Shown: one piece after another, positions 50,663 to 64,000 of the stretch
Numbering within the stretch: the first letter of the stretch is position 1
Layout of the letters: each line of letters starts with the position of its first letter
From: Eledone cirrhosa
Taxonomy: Eukaryota
Direction: 5' to 3'
DNA: 64,000 bases
Assembly: GCA_964016885.1 (NCBI GenBank)
Contig: OZ024743.1
Location: 75,144,001 to 75,208,000 of the forward strand
Notes under the pieces: generated by a model
Told to the model about the DNA's origin: nothing
Databases searched by the model: none
What the model saw: the letters and a program-made list of their open reading frames with translations, nothing else
Made by a program: the position numbers and the translations under genes

Positions 50663-51436
50663 TGACTTTTTTTTAATTGCGTTTGAATTATTTTCCCATA
50701 TCTTACGTTAAATATTTTCCATCTTGACGTTATAGTCACTTATATATTATGAAATACTGTTGGCTTCTTGCTCACATTAATTTCTCTATTTTCATTTATA
50801 TATACACTCGGAATTTTTCATAGAGTGCTTAAAATTATTTGTGTCTAATCACGGCCTTTTTTTTTTAAAAACCGCGATAATATTGCTATATGCTGAACTC
50901 CATACATTTTTGTTGAGTTTTTTTCGGAATGTTTTGACTGCTGTTTCTTGTAAACAGACATTCGTTTCATTCTGACGTCACTAGCCATGTTCTCCATGTG
51001 TGTTTATTTTCATAATTCCACACGAGGTGTACTAGCCTGCTTTTAAAATTCCCTTTCTGGCATATTTTAGCAGTGGTATTTTGGTTATCGTGTTTGATCT
51101 CTACTGATGAACAACTCCAACCGTGACTAACTCCACTGAAAAGTTTCGTGAAATAGTCTTTTTAAGACTATATAGAGCATTTGTAGTTTTTCCAAATTGA
51201 AGGATGGGTATTTAACCTTAATTTTATTCTGAGTTAAGACTCTATTGATTTTTTCCGTGGATTTTACAAGATCTGTGGATAAAATTTCTGTCGTGACTTT
51301 TTTTTTAATTGAGTTTGAATTATTTTCTCATATCTTACGTTAAATATTTTCCATCTTGACGTTATAGTCACTTATATATTATGAAATACTGTTGGCTTCT
51401 TGCTCACATTAATTTCTCTATTTTCATTTATATATA
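50663..51436 (+). mobile_element. Non-coding hammerhead-bearing unit (631-bp period, ~140-bp terminal direct repeat)
   Basis: 50663-50804 matches 51294-51436; hammerhead inside. Confidence 0.7.
51099..51177 (+). ncRNA. Type I hammerhead ribozyme
   Basis: Stem I CTCTA/TAGAG; core CTGATGA; GAAA; stem III TAGTCTT/AAGACTA; AUA cleavage triplet at 51170-51172; stem II weak. Confidence 0.7.
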
Positions 51437-51470
51437 ATTTGTAAAGTGTGTAATCACACACTGCTAGGTA

Positions 51471-51781
51471 GGTAACTAATTAAAGTTTAACTAGATCATC
51501 AAATATTACCTTTTAAAAATGATTAATCCTCCTTGTATATATTTCATTAAAGAAATATATTTCACTAAAAATCCGTAAAGTCACAGTAGTTAAATCTTAG
51601 ATCATCAGCAAGGAGGAAGAAATAACTGTCTGTGTTTACGCATCAAATACAAATCTGCGAGTGACCCGTCGCACGTGGTGCAATTCTAAAACTACTAACA
51701 ACATGCCAGCGTCCTCCCATTGGCGTGAATAGGATGGTCGACAGCTATAAATAGCAGCCAAGCCCTTTCAACCGATTTAGC
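51471..51781. repeat. Dispersed repeat, paralog of 1-300
   Basis: See 1-300. Confidence 0.75.
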
Positions 51782-51912
51782 TCTACAGATAAGGAGCCGT
51801 TTATATATCCGAAATAGATTAAATTAAATTAAATTAAATTAAAGGAGTCATGTCCGAGACATGCGCCATATCCACTGTAGAATAAGCTCAAAGATTCCAA
51901 TGAATAGATCCG

Positions 51913-52074
51913 GGTCTGACGCCATGCTTTGCAGCAAAGAGTTACGGCCCTTTATGATCTGAGTTCAAATCCCGCCGAGGTTGACTTTGCCTTTCATCCT
52001 TATGAGTTCGATAAAATAAACTACCAGTAATACACTGGTACAGTTGCTGGCCTTGTGCCAAAAGTAGAAACAAT
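51913..52074 (+). mobile_element. SINE copy
   Basis: GAGTTCAAATCCCGCCGAGGTTGACTTTGCCTTTCATCC. Confidence 0.88.
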
Positions 52075-52084
52075 TATATATATA

Positions 52085-52120
<36 letters not shown>

Positions 52121-52127
52121 ACTATCA

Positions 52128-53395
52128 TCTATATATATAAAACTGAGGTTGTCTGTCTGTCTATCGATTTTTGGCACACATCTCCTCTTAGAATCTCTCA
52201 CGGAATTGCACCGAAATTGCTATACTTGTACATTGAGCCCTAGCGAAGACATCGGAAAAAAAATATTTCAAATTGACCCGCCCTATCTGACGAAATCGAA
52301 TATAATGTATCGATTTTTTAGCGTAAGTGATCAGTTATTTCCCTTTGTTCTGTTTACATTCAGCGTAGCGTCTTACGTTCTCTTTACATTTTCTGCGTGC
52401 AAAAATTAAAAAAATGATTTCCCTTTGTTCGGTTTACATTCAGCGTAGCGTCTTACGTTCTGTTTACATTTTCTGCGTGCAAAAATTAAAAAAATTACGC
52501 TGGCAAAAATTAAAAAAATTACGCTGGCTTTCTCAGCGTTTAAAATGACATTAACACAATACACGAACAGTTGTCGAGCCAGCAAAATTTTGACCTGCAA
52601 AATTCATCAGTTCGAACACTAAGCTTCCATTTTGCTTCATTTCCATTTAAAAGCCTTTTAAAACAATATTTTTACTTGAAAACAAGTCTATTTAAAGACT
52701 ACGTAAAACAAGCAAATATTTCGTAAAAAAAAGCAAAAATTATATAAGTTTATTTAAAATATATGTATCTGTAAATTTCGTTAGGCGTGCAGACAGACAG
52801 TCGTGCAGACAGACAGTCGTGCAGAGAGGTGATATAGGCGTGCAGACAGACAGTCGTGCAGAGAGGTGATATAGGCGTGCAGACAGACAGTCGTGCAGAG
52901 AGTTGATATAGGCGTGCAGACAGACAGTCGTGCAGAGAGGTGATATAGGCGTGCAGACAGACAGTCGTGCAGACAGACAGTCGTGCAGAGAGGTGATATA
53001 GGCGTGCAGACAGACAGTCGTGCAGAGAGGTGATATAGGCGTGCAGACAGATAGTCGTGCAGAGAGGTGATATAGGCGTGCAGACAGACATAACTGATAA
53101 TTTGGTTACGCTAATGTTTTTCTCTGCGTTGCAGTGTTTACATTTTCGATCTTTGTTAATAAATAACCAGTGCAGTTTCTATCCCCAGCATCCTCTTTTG
53201 TTATAACATTTGGGTTATCGTTATGTTTTCTTAACTTCATAAGGCATATTGTTGGTTGAGGGAATATTAATCAAAAACACCACATGCAAGTCTGCACAGT
53301 AGACACTACAGTTTTTAAGCCAAAAAAGAAACTTAACATTGTAACTTTAACACAGCTACTGAGCGACCCCGAGCAACGCCGGGCTTTACTGCTAG
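52128..53395 (+). mobile_element. Non-autonomous Helitron with internal 37-bp minisatellite
   Basis: Starts TCTATATATATAAAACTG and ends CCCGAGC-AAC-GCCGGG hairpin plus CTAG then T; repeats at 52338-52495 and 52783-53090. Confidence 0.85.
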
Positions 53396-53480
53396 TATAT
53401 ATATATAACTATCATACGGCCTACCGCATACGGACGCTTTAATCACCCAACACCAATTATATATATATATATATATATAT

Positions 53481-53683
53481 ATAGGAACGAGTAGGACCCC
53501 GACGGCTGAGCTCAAGCCGTTTCGACGGCTAATTCTGGACTAAATTAGTCCAGAATTAGCCGTCGAAACGGCTTGAGCTCAGCCGTCGGGGTCCTACTCG
53601 TTCCTATTACCCACTCTACTACCCTAAGTATTGAGTACTTTGGTGCGTTATGGTCCACCTGGTTCCTTACCACATTTCCTCCG

Positions 53684-53685
<2 letters not shown>
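53481..53685. repeat. Fold-back palindromic element, copy 2
   Basis: About 125-bp near-perfect palindrome centred near 53543; same family as 50367. Confidence 0.9.
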
Positions 53686-53768
<83 letters not shown>

Positions 53769-54691
53769 TGTATCCCGGGTTCAATAGGGGGTTAACCACA
53801 GTATGTAAGGTACTCAATACATAGCGGAGCATACATTTTTAATATAGAATTGGCTTCTACGGGACTAGAACTGTTTCATTCGAAGGAAATCATCAGGAAA
53901 GCCGACTGTCAATGTGATATGGTGGTATTTATAAGTTTTCTGGTGGTAGAGGAAGGTGGTGATTGGATGGGTGGAGGTCGTTGGCTGATGGATTTAAAGA
54001 ATGGGGATTCTTTGAAAAAAACTATATTTAGAGAAGTACTCTTTACCTACTTGCATTTTCTACTTGTATAAGTGTTCTTGTATGTATGAAAATGTGTATG
54101 TATGTTTATATGTACGTATATGTATGTATGCATTTGTGGTTATATATATATGTGTGTGTATATTTGTATATATATATATATATATGTGTGTGAGTGTGTA
54201 TATATGTGTATGTGTGTATATATGTGTATATATATATATGTGTGTGTGTGTGTGCGCGCGCGCGTGTGTGTTGGGGGTATGTGTATGTATATATATAGAG
54301 AGAGAGAGGGGGGAGGTTGATAGATATATAAATAAACATTTGTGTGGAAAATGGATGGTTCCTGACGATAGTAAAATAATACAACTATAGCAAAAAGTTC
54401 TGTCGCCAAAATCAGGCGCTTTTTATTTCATTAAGAAAGAAAATAAATATTGTATGAATGAAAATATATGTATTTAGTATTAAGCCATGATTTAATTTTT
54501 AAAATAATCGAACATCCGTCGTCCGTTAAAATCAGAAGACAGTAATTCAGTACTTTTAAACCGTCTACAATAACTAAAATGTCCTCGTGCTTTTGTTTGT
54601 TTGTTCTTGTTTTTATTGTTGTTTTGGTTTTTTTTATTCTTGTGTTTGTCTGTTTTTGTTTTTTATTTGCTTTGTTTTTTTTTGTATATGG

Positions 54692-55318
54692 CTCCTATAC
54701 TCCAGTGTTCCTATACTCCAGTGTCTCCTATACTCCAGTGTCTCCTATACACCAGTGTCTCCTATACTCGAGTGTCTCCTATACTCCAGTGTCTCCTATA
54801 CACCAGTGCCTCCTATACTCCAGTGTCTCCTATACTCCAGTGTCTCCTATACACCAGTGCCTCCTATACTCCAGTGTCTCCTATACTCCAGTGTCTCCTA
54901 TACACCAGTGTCTCCTATACTCGAGTGTCTCCTATACTCCAGTGTCTCCTATACACCAGTGGCTCCTATACTCCAGTGTCTCCTATACTCCAGTGTCTCC
55001 TATACACTAGTGCCACCTATACTCCAGTGTCTCCTATACTCCAGTGTCTCCTATACACCAGTGTCTCCTATACTCCAGTGTCTCCTATACACCAGTGTCT
55101 CCTATACTCCAGTGTCTCCTATACTCCAGTGTCTCCTATACACCAGTGCCTCCTATACTCCAGTGTCTCCTATAATCCAGTGTCTCCTATACACCAGTGC
55201 CACCTATACACCAGTGCCTCCTATACTCCAGTGTCTCCTATACACCAGTGTCTCCTATACTCCAGTGTCTCCTATACACCAGTGTCTCCTATACTCCAGT
55301 GTCTCCTATACTCCAGTG
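54692..55318. repeat. 17-bp minisatellite, about 37 units
   Basis: CTCCTATACTCCAGTGT and variants. Confidence 0.97.
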
Positions 55319-55439
55319 AAACAGTGAGAATGACACAAATATTGGCAAGTCTTGTTGAACTTGTCTTGTTCTCATCATCTGTGTCTTATACATAACTGAC
55401 TCAATAATGTATTAGTGTAGAGTACACCAACCCAAAGAA

Positions 55440-58400
55440 GGCGAACTGTCAGAGTCGTTAGAACGTCAGATAGAATGGTAGGGTGGTTAGAACGTCTGAT
55501 AGAGTGGTAGAGTGGTTAGAACGTCAGATAGAATGGTAGAGTGGTTAGAACGTCAGATAGAATGGTAGAGTGGTTAGAACGTCAGATAGAATGGTACAAT
55601 GGTTAGAACGTCAGATAGAATGGTAGAGTCGTTAGAATGTCAGGTAGAATGGTAGAGTCGTTAGAAGGTCAGATAGAATGGTAGAATTGTTAGAACGTCA
55701 GATAGAATGGTAGAGTGGTTAGAACGTCAAATAGAATAGTTTGTGATATTGGTAGAGTGGTTAGAACGTCAGATAGAATGGTTTGTGGTATTGGTAGAGT
55801 GGTTAGAACGTCTGATAGAGTGGTAGAATGGTTAGAGTCAGATAGAATGGTAGAGTCGTTAGAATGTCAGATAGAATGGTAGAGTCATTAGAAGGTCAGA
55901 TAGAATGGTAGAGTATTTAGAACGTCAAATAGAATAGTTTGTCATATTGGTAGAGTGGTTAGAAGGTCAGATAGAATGGTTTGTGGTATTGGCAGAGTGG
56001 TTAGAACGTCAGATAGAATGGTTTGTGGTATTGGTAGAGTGGTTAGAACGTCAGATAGAATATATTGTGGTATTGGTAGAGTCCTTAGAACGTCAGATAG
56101 AATAGTTTGTGGTATTGGTAGAGTCCTTATAACGTGAGATAAAATAGTTTGTGGTATTGGTAGAGTCGTTAGAACGTCAGATAGAACAGTTTGTGGTATT
56201 GGTAGAGTCCTTAGAACGTCAGATAGAATAGTTTGTGGTATTGGTAGAGTCCTTAGAACGTCAGATAGAATAGTTTGTGATATTGGTAGAGTCATTAGAA
56301 CGTCAGATAGAATAGTTTGTGGTATTGACAGAGTCGTTAGAACGTCAGATAGAATAATTTGTGGTAATGGTAGAGTGGTTAGAAAGTCAGATAGAATAGT
56401 TTGGTATTGATTGGTAGAGTCGTTATAACGCCAAATAGAATAGTTTGTGGTATTGGCAAAGTCGTTATAACGCCAGGTAGAACAGTTTGTGGTATTGGTA
56501 GATTCGTTAGAACGTCAGATAGAATAGTTTGTAGTAATGGTACAGTCTTTAGAACGTTAGATAGAGTTATTTGTGGTATTGGTAGAGTCGATAGAACGTC
56601 AGATAGAATAGTTTGTGTTATTGGTAGAGTGGTTAGAACGTCACATAGAATAGTTTGTGGTATTGGTAGAGTCTTTAGAACGTCAGATAGAATAGTTTGT
56701 GATATTGGTAGAGTCGTTAGAACGTCATATATTAGTGTTTGTGGTATTGGTAGAGTCGTTAGAACGTCAGATAGAATAGTTTGTGATATTGGTAGAGTCT
56801 TTAGAACGTCAGATAGAATAGTTTGTGATATTGGTAGAGTCGTTAGAACGTCAGATAGTAGTGTTTGTGGTATTGGTAGAGTCGTTAGAACGTCACATAG
56901 AGTAGGTTGTGGTATTGGTAGAGTCGTAAAACGTAAGATAGAACAGTTTGTGATATTGGTAGAGTCATTAGAACGTCAGATAGAATAGGCTGTGGTATTG
57001 GTAGAGTCGATAGAACGTCAGATAGAATAGTTTGTGGTATTGGTAGAGTCGTAAAACGTAAGATAGAACAGTTTGTGATATTGCAAGAATCGTTAGAACG
57101 TCAGATAGAATACCTTGTGTTATTGGTAGAGTCGTTAGAACGCCAGATAGAATAGTTTGTGGTATTGGTTTAGTCGTTAGAACGTCAGATAGAATAGTTT
57201 GTGTTATTGGCAGAGTCGTTAGAACGTCAGATAGAATAGTTTGTGGTATTGGTAGAGTGATTAGAACGTCAGATAGAACAGTTTGTGGTATTAGTAGAGT
57301 CGTTAGAACGTCAGATAGAACAGTTTGTGGTATTAGTAGAGTCGTTAGATCGTCAGATAGAACAGTTTGTGGTATTAGTAGAGTCGTTAGAACGTCAGAT
57401 AGAATAGTTTGTGGTATTGGTAGAGTGATTAGAACGTCAGATAGAACAGTTTGTGGTATTAGTAGAGTCGTTAGAACGTCAGATAGAATAGTTTGTGGTA
57501 TTGGTAGAGTGATTAGAACGTCAGATAGAACAGTTTGTGGTATTAGTAGAGTCGTTAGAACGTCAGATAGAACAGTTTGTGGTATTAGTAGAGTCGTTAG
57601 ATCGTCAGATAGAACAGTTTGTGGTATTGGTAGAGTCGTTAGAACATCAGATAGAACAGTTTGTGGTATTGGTAGAGTGATTAGAACGTCAGATAGAACA
57701 GTTTGTGGTATTAGTAGAGTCGTTAGAACGTCAGATAGAATAGTTTGTGGTATTGGTAGAGTGATTAGAACGTCAGATAGAACAGTTTGTGGTATTAGTA
57801 GAGTCGTTAGAACGTCAGATAGAACAGTTTGTGGTATTAGTAGAGTCGTTAGATCGTCAGATAGAACAGTTTGTGGTATTGGTAGAGTCGTTAGAACATC
57901 AGATAGAACAGTTTGTGGTATTGGTAGAGTGATTAGAACGTCAGATAGAACAGTTTGTGGTATTAGTAGAGTCGTTAGAACGTCAGATAGAACAGTTTGT
58001 GGTATTAGTAGAGTCGTTAGAACGTCAGATAGAAGAGTTTGTGGTATTAGTAGAGTCGTTAGAACGTCAGATAGAATAGTTTGAGATATTGGTAGAGTCG
58101 TTTGAACGTCAGATAGAATAGTTTGTGGTATTGGTAGAGTGATTAGAACGTCAGATAGAACAGTTTGTGGTATTAGTAGAGTCGTTAGAACGTCAGATAG
58201 AACAGTTTGTGGTATTAGTAGAGTCGTTAGAACGTCAGATAGAATAGTTTGAGATATTGGTAGAGTCGTTAGAACGTCAGATAGAATAGTTTGTGGTATT
58301 GGTAGAGTGATTAGAACGTCAGATAGAACAGTTTGTGGTATTGGTAGAGTGATTAGAACGTCAGATAGAACAGTTTGTGGTATTAGTAGAGTCGTTAGAA

Positions 58401-61400
58401 CGTCAGATAGAACAGTTTGTGGTATTAGTAGAGTCGTTAGAACGTCAGATAGAATAGTTTGAGATATTGGTAGAGTCGTTAGAACGTCAGATAGAATAGT
58501 TTGTGGTATTGGTAGAGTGATTAGAACGTCAGATAGAACAGTTTGTGGTATTAGTAGAGTCGTTAGAACGTCAGATAGAATAGTTTGAGATATTGGTAGA
58601 GTCGTTAGAACGTCAGATAGAATAGTTTGTGGTATTGGTAGTGTCGTTAGAACGTCAGATAGAACAGTTTGTGGTATTCGTAGAGTCGTTAGAACGTCAG
58701 ATAGAATAGTTTGTGGTATTGGTAGAGTCGTTAGAACGTCAGATAGAACAGTTTGTGGTATGCGTAGAGTCGTTAGAACGTCAGATAGAACAGTTTGTGG
58801 TATTCGTAGAGTCGTTAGAACGTCAGATAGAACAGTTTGTGGTATTCGTAGAGTCGTTAGAACGTCAGATAGAACAGTTTGTGGTATTGGTAGAGTCGTT
58901 AGAACGTCAGATAGAATAGGCTGTGGTATTGGTAGAGTCGTTAGAACGTCAGATAGAACAGTTTGTGGTATTAGTAGAGTCGTTAGAACGTCAGATAGAA
59001 TAGTTTGAGATATTGGTAGAGTCGTTAGAACGTCAGATAGAATAGTTTGTGGTATTGGTAGAGTGATTAGAACGTCAGATAGAACAGCTTGTGGTATTGG
59101 TAGAGTGATTAGAACGTCAGATAGAACAGTTTGTGGTATTAGTAGAGTCGTTAGAACGTCAGATAGAACAGTTTGTGGTATTAGTAGAGTCGTTAGGACG
59201 TCAGATACAATAGTTTGTGGTATTGGTAGAGTGATTAGAACGTCAGATAGAACAGTTTGTGGTATTAGTAGAGTCGTTAGAACGTCAGATACAATAGTTT
59301 GTGGTATTGGTAGAGTGATTAGAACGTCAGATAGAACAGTTTGTGGTATTAGTAGAGTCGTTAGGACGTCAGATAGAACAGTTTGTGGTATTAGTAGAGT
59401 CGTTAGAACGTCAGATAGAACAGTTTGTGGTATTAGCAGAGTCGTTAGAACGTCAGATAGAATAGTTTGAGATATTGGTAGAGTCGTTAGAACGTCAGAT
59501 AGAATAGTTTGTGGTAATGGTAGAGTCGTTAGAACGTCAGATAGAATAGTTTGTGGTATTGGTAGAGTGATTAGAACGTCAGATAGAACAGTTTGTGGTA
59601 TTAGTAGAGTCGTTAGAACGTCAGATAGAACAGTTTGTGATATTAGTAGAGTCGTTAGAACGTCAGATAGAATAGTTTGAGATATTGGTAGAGTCGTTAG
59701 AACGTCAGATAGAATAGTTTGTGGTATTAGTAGAGTCGTTAGAACGTCAGATAGAACAGTGTGTGGTATTGGTAGAGTCGTTAGAACGTCAGATAGAACA
59801 GTTTGTGGTATTAGTAGAGTCGTTAGAACGTCAGATAGAATAGTTTGTGGTATTAGTAGAGTCGTTAGAACGTCAGATAGAACAGTGTGTGGTATTGGTA
59901 GAGTCGTTAGAACGTCAGATAGAACAGTTTGTGGTATTAGTAGAGTCGTTAGAACGTCAGATAGAATAGTTTGTGGTAATGGTAGAGTCGTTAGAACGTC
60001 AGATAGAATAGTTTGTGGTATTGGTAGAGTGATTAGAACGTCAGATAGAACAGTTTGTGGTATTAGTAGAGTCGTTAGAACGTCAGATAGAACAGTTTGA
60101 GATATTGGTAGAGTCGTTAGAACGTCAGATAGAATAGTTTGTGGTATTAGTAGAGTCGTTAGAACGTCAGATAGAACAGTGTGTGGTATTGGTAGAGTCG
60201 TTAGAACGTCAGATAGAACAGTTTGTGGTATTAGTAGAGTCGTTAGAACGTCAGATAGAACAGTTTGTGGTATTAGTAGAGTCGTTAGAACATCAGATAG
60301 AATGGTTTGTGGTATTGGTAGAGTCGTTAGAACGTCAGATAGAATAGTTTGTGGTATTGGTAGAGTCGTTAGAACGTCAGATAGAATGGTTTGTGGCATT
60401 GGTAGAGTCGTTAGAACGTCAGATAGAATAGTTTGTGGTATTGGTAGAGTCGTTAGAACGTCAGATAGAACAGTTTGTGGTATTGGTAGAGTCGTTAGAA
60501 CGTCAGATAGAATAGTTTGTGGTATTGGTAGAGTCGTTAGAACGTCAGATAGAATGGTTTGTGGCATTGGTAGAGTCGTTAGAACGTCAGATAGAACAGT
60601 TTGTGGTATTGGTAGAGTCGTTAGAACGTCAGATAGAATAGTTTGTGGTATTGGTAGAGTCGTTAGAACGTCAGATAGAATGGTTTGTGGCATTGGTAGA
60701 GTCGTTAGAACGTCAGATAGAATAGTTTGTGGTATTGGTAGAGTCATTAGAACGTCAGATAGAATAGTTTGTGGTATTGGTAGTGTCGTTAGAACGTCAG
60801 ATAGAACAGTTTGTGGTATTCGTAGAGTCGTTAGAACGTCAGATAGAATAGTTTGTGGTATTGGTAGAGTCGTTAGAACGACAGATAGAACAGTTTGTGG
60901 TATTCGTAGAGTCGTTAGAACGTCAGATAGAATAGTTTGTGGCATTGGTAGAGTCGTTAGAGTGTCAGATAGAATAGTTTGTGGTATTGGTAGAGTCGTT
61001 AGAACGTCAGATAGAACAGTTTGTGGTATTGGTAGAGTCGTTAGAACGTCAGATAGAACAGTTTGTGGTATTCGTAGAGTCGTTAGAACGTCAGATAGAA
61101 TAGTTTGTGGTATTGGTAGAGTCGTTAGAACGTCAGATAGAATACATTGTGGTATTGGTAGAGTCATTAGAACGTCTAATAGAATAGTTTGGGGTATTGG
61201 TAGAGTCCTTAGAACGTGAGATAAAATAGTTTGTGGTATTGGTAGAGTCGTTAGAACGTCAGATAGAATACATTGTGGTATTGGTAGAGTCATTAGAACG
61301 TCTAATAGAATAGTTTGTGGTATTGGTAGAGTCCTTATAACGTGAGATAAAATAGTTTGTGGTATTGGTAGAGTCGTTAGAACGTCAGATAGAACAGTTT

Positions 61401-64000
61401 GTGGTATTAGTAGAGTCGTTAGAACGTCAGATAGAACAGTTTGTGGTATTAGTAGAGTCGTTAGAACGTCAGATAGAACAGTTTGTGGTATTAGTAGAGT
61501 CGTTAGAACGTCAGATAGAACAGTTTGTGGTATTAGTAGAGTCGTTAGAACGTCAGATAGAATAGTTTGAGATATTGGTAGAGTCGTTAGAACGTCAGAT
61601 AGAATAGTTTGTGGTATTGGTAGAGTGATTAGAACGTCAGATAGAACAGTTTGTGGTATTAGTAGAGTCGTTAGAACGTCAGATAGAATAGTTTGAGATA
61701 TTGGTAGAGTCGTTAGAACGTCAGATAGAATAGTTTGTGGTATTGGTAGTGTCGTTAGAACGTCAGATAGAACAGTTTGTGGTATTCGTAGAGTCGTTAG
61801 AACGTCAGATAGAATAGTTTGTGGTATTGGTAGAGTCGTTAGAACGTCAGATAGAACAGTTTGTGGTATTGGTAGAGTCGTTAGAACGTCAGATAGAATA
61901 GTTTGTGGTATTGGTAGAGTCCTTAGAACGTCAGATAAAATAGTTTGTGGTATTGGTAGAGTCGGTAGAACGTCAGATAAAATAGTTTGTGGTATTAGTA
62001 GAGTCATTACAACGTCAGATAGAATAGTTTGTGGTATTGGTAAAGTTTTTAGAACGTCAGATAGAATAGTTTGTGGTATTGGTAGAGTCTTTAGAACGTC
62101 AGATAGAATGGTTTGTGGTAATGGTAGAGTCGTTAGAACATCAGATAGAATAGTTTGTGGTATTGGTAGAGTCGTTAGAACGTCAGATAGTACAGTTGTT
62201 GGTATTGGTAGAGTCGTTAGAACGTCAGATAGAATAGTTTGTGGTATTGGTAGAGTCGTTAGAACGTGAGATAGAACAGTTTGTGGTATTGGTAGTGTCA
62301 TTAGAACGTGAGATAGAACAGTTTGTGGTATTCGTAGAGTCGTTAGAACCTCAGATAGAATAGTTTGTGGTATTGGTAGAGTCGTTAGAACGTTAGATAG
62401 AATAGTTTGTGGTAATGGTAGAGTCGTTAGAACGTCAGATAGAATAGTTTGTGGTATTGGTAGTGTCGTTAGAACGTGAGATAAAATAGTTTGTGGTATT
62501 GGTAGAGTCGTTAGAACGTCAGATAGAATAGTTTGTGGTACTGGTAGAGTCGTTAGAACGTCAGATAGAATAGTTTGTGATATTGGTAGAGTCGTTAGAA
62601 CGTCAGATAGAATAGTTTGTAGTAATGGTAGAGTCGTTAGAACGTCAGATAGAATAGTTTGTGATATTGGTAGATTCGTTAGAACGTCAGATAGAATGGT
62701 TTGTGGTAATGGTAGAATCGTTAGAACGTCAGATAGAATAGTTTGTGATATTGGTAGAGTCGTTAGAACGTCAGATAAAATACATTGTGGTATTGGTAGA
62801 GTCATTAGAACGTCTAATAGAATAGTTTGTGGTATTGGTAGAGTCCTTAGAACGTCAGATAGAATAGTTTGTGGTATTGGTAGAGTCCTTAGAACGTCAG
62901 AAAAAAATAGTTTTTGGTATTGGTAGAGTCGGTAGAACGTCAGATAAAATAGTTTGTGGTATTAGTAGAGTCATTACAACGTCAGATAGAATAGTTTGTG
63001 GTATTGGTAAAGTTTTTAGAACGTCAGATAGAACAGTTTGTGGTATTGGTAGAGTCTTTAGAACGTCAGATAGAGTTATTTGTGGTATTGGTAGAGTCTT
63101 TAGAACGTCAGATAGAATGGTTTGTGGTAATGGTAGAGTCGTTAGAACATCAGATAGAATAGTTTGTGGTATTGGTAGATTCGTTAGAACGTCAGATAGA
63201 ATGGTTTGTGGTAATGGTAGAGTCGTTAGAACGTCAGATAGAACAGTTTGTGGTATTAGCAGAGTCGTTAGAACGTCAGATAGAATAGTTTGAGATATTG
63301 GTAGAGTCGTTAGAACGTCAGATAGAATAGTTTGTGGTAATGGTAGAGTCGTTAGAACGTCAGATAGAATAGTTTGTGGTATTGGTAGAGTGATTAGAAC
63401 GTCAGATAGAACAGTTTGTGGTATTAGTAGAGTCGTTAGAACGTCAGATAGAACAGTTTGTGATATTAGTAGAGTCGTTAGAACGTCAGATAGAATAGTT
63501 TGAGATATTGGTAGAGTCGTTAGAACGTCAGATAGAATAGTTTGTGGTATTGGTAGAGTGATTAGAACGTCAGATAGAACAGTTTGTGGTATTAGTAGAG
63601 TCGTTAGAACGTCAGATAGAACAGTTTGAGATATTGGTAGATTCGTTAGAACGTCAGATAGAATAGTTTGTGGTATTAGTAGAGTCGTTAGAACGTCAGA
63701 TAGAACAATTTGTGGTATTGGTAGAGTCGTTAGAACGTCAGATAGAACAGTTTGTGGTATTAGTAGAGTCGTTAGAACGTCAGATAGAACAGTTTGTGGT
63801 ATTGGTAGAGTCGTTAGAACGTCAGATAGAACAGTTTGTGGTATTGGTAGAGTCGTTAGAACGTCAGATAGAATGGTTTGTGGTATTGGTAGAGTCGTTA
63901 GAACGTCAGATAGAATAGTTTGTGGTATTGGTAGAGTCGTTAGAACGTCAGATAGAATGGTTTGTGGCATTGGTAGAGTCGTTAGAACGTCAGATAGAAT
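55440..64000. repeat. SINE-head-derived satellite array 2 (29-bp units, then about 190 42-bp units; runs off the window)
   Basis: Same 42-bp unit as array 1; starts GGCGAACTGTCAGAGTCGTTAGAACG. Confidence 0.97.

Noticed and set aside
53848-53900. Minus-strand CTGATGA...GAAAC motif (related copy at 43539-43585)
   Set aside because: No convincing stem I pairing, so not called as a hammerhead.
56968-63970. 1945-aa and other long repetitive ORFs
   Set aside because: Same satellite artefact; open frames follow from the unit length being a multiple of three.

Overview
Gene-free, repeat-saturated eukaryotic DNA. The SINE family, TTAGGG repeats and dense microsatellites suggest a cephalopod (octopus-like) genome, which is an inference. 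No host gene is supportable. (1) 4.2-22.6 kb is a nest of non-LTR retrotransposons joined almost entirely at microsatellites. It contains RTE-clade LINEs with C-terminal C2H2 fingers and (ATGT)n tails, their short non-autonomous derivatives, two R4/Dong-like RLE elements ending in (TACA)n, and an L1/Tx1-type element inside an RTE 3'UTR (ATT)n. (2) Two arrays of a 42-bp satellite (27.3-29.8 kb and 55.4-64 kb) appear to be amplified from the A-box head of a tRNA-derived SINE, and the first array still sits inside a complete SINE. (3) 42-54 kb is a (TA)n-rich zone of Penelope-like element remnants, hammerhead-ribozyme motifs and many fold-back palindromes. Two non-autonomous Helitrons, hAT-like MITEs, an interstitial telomeric tract and several minisatellites are also present. 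Coordinates were read by eye and are approximate.
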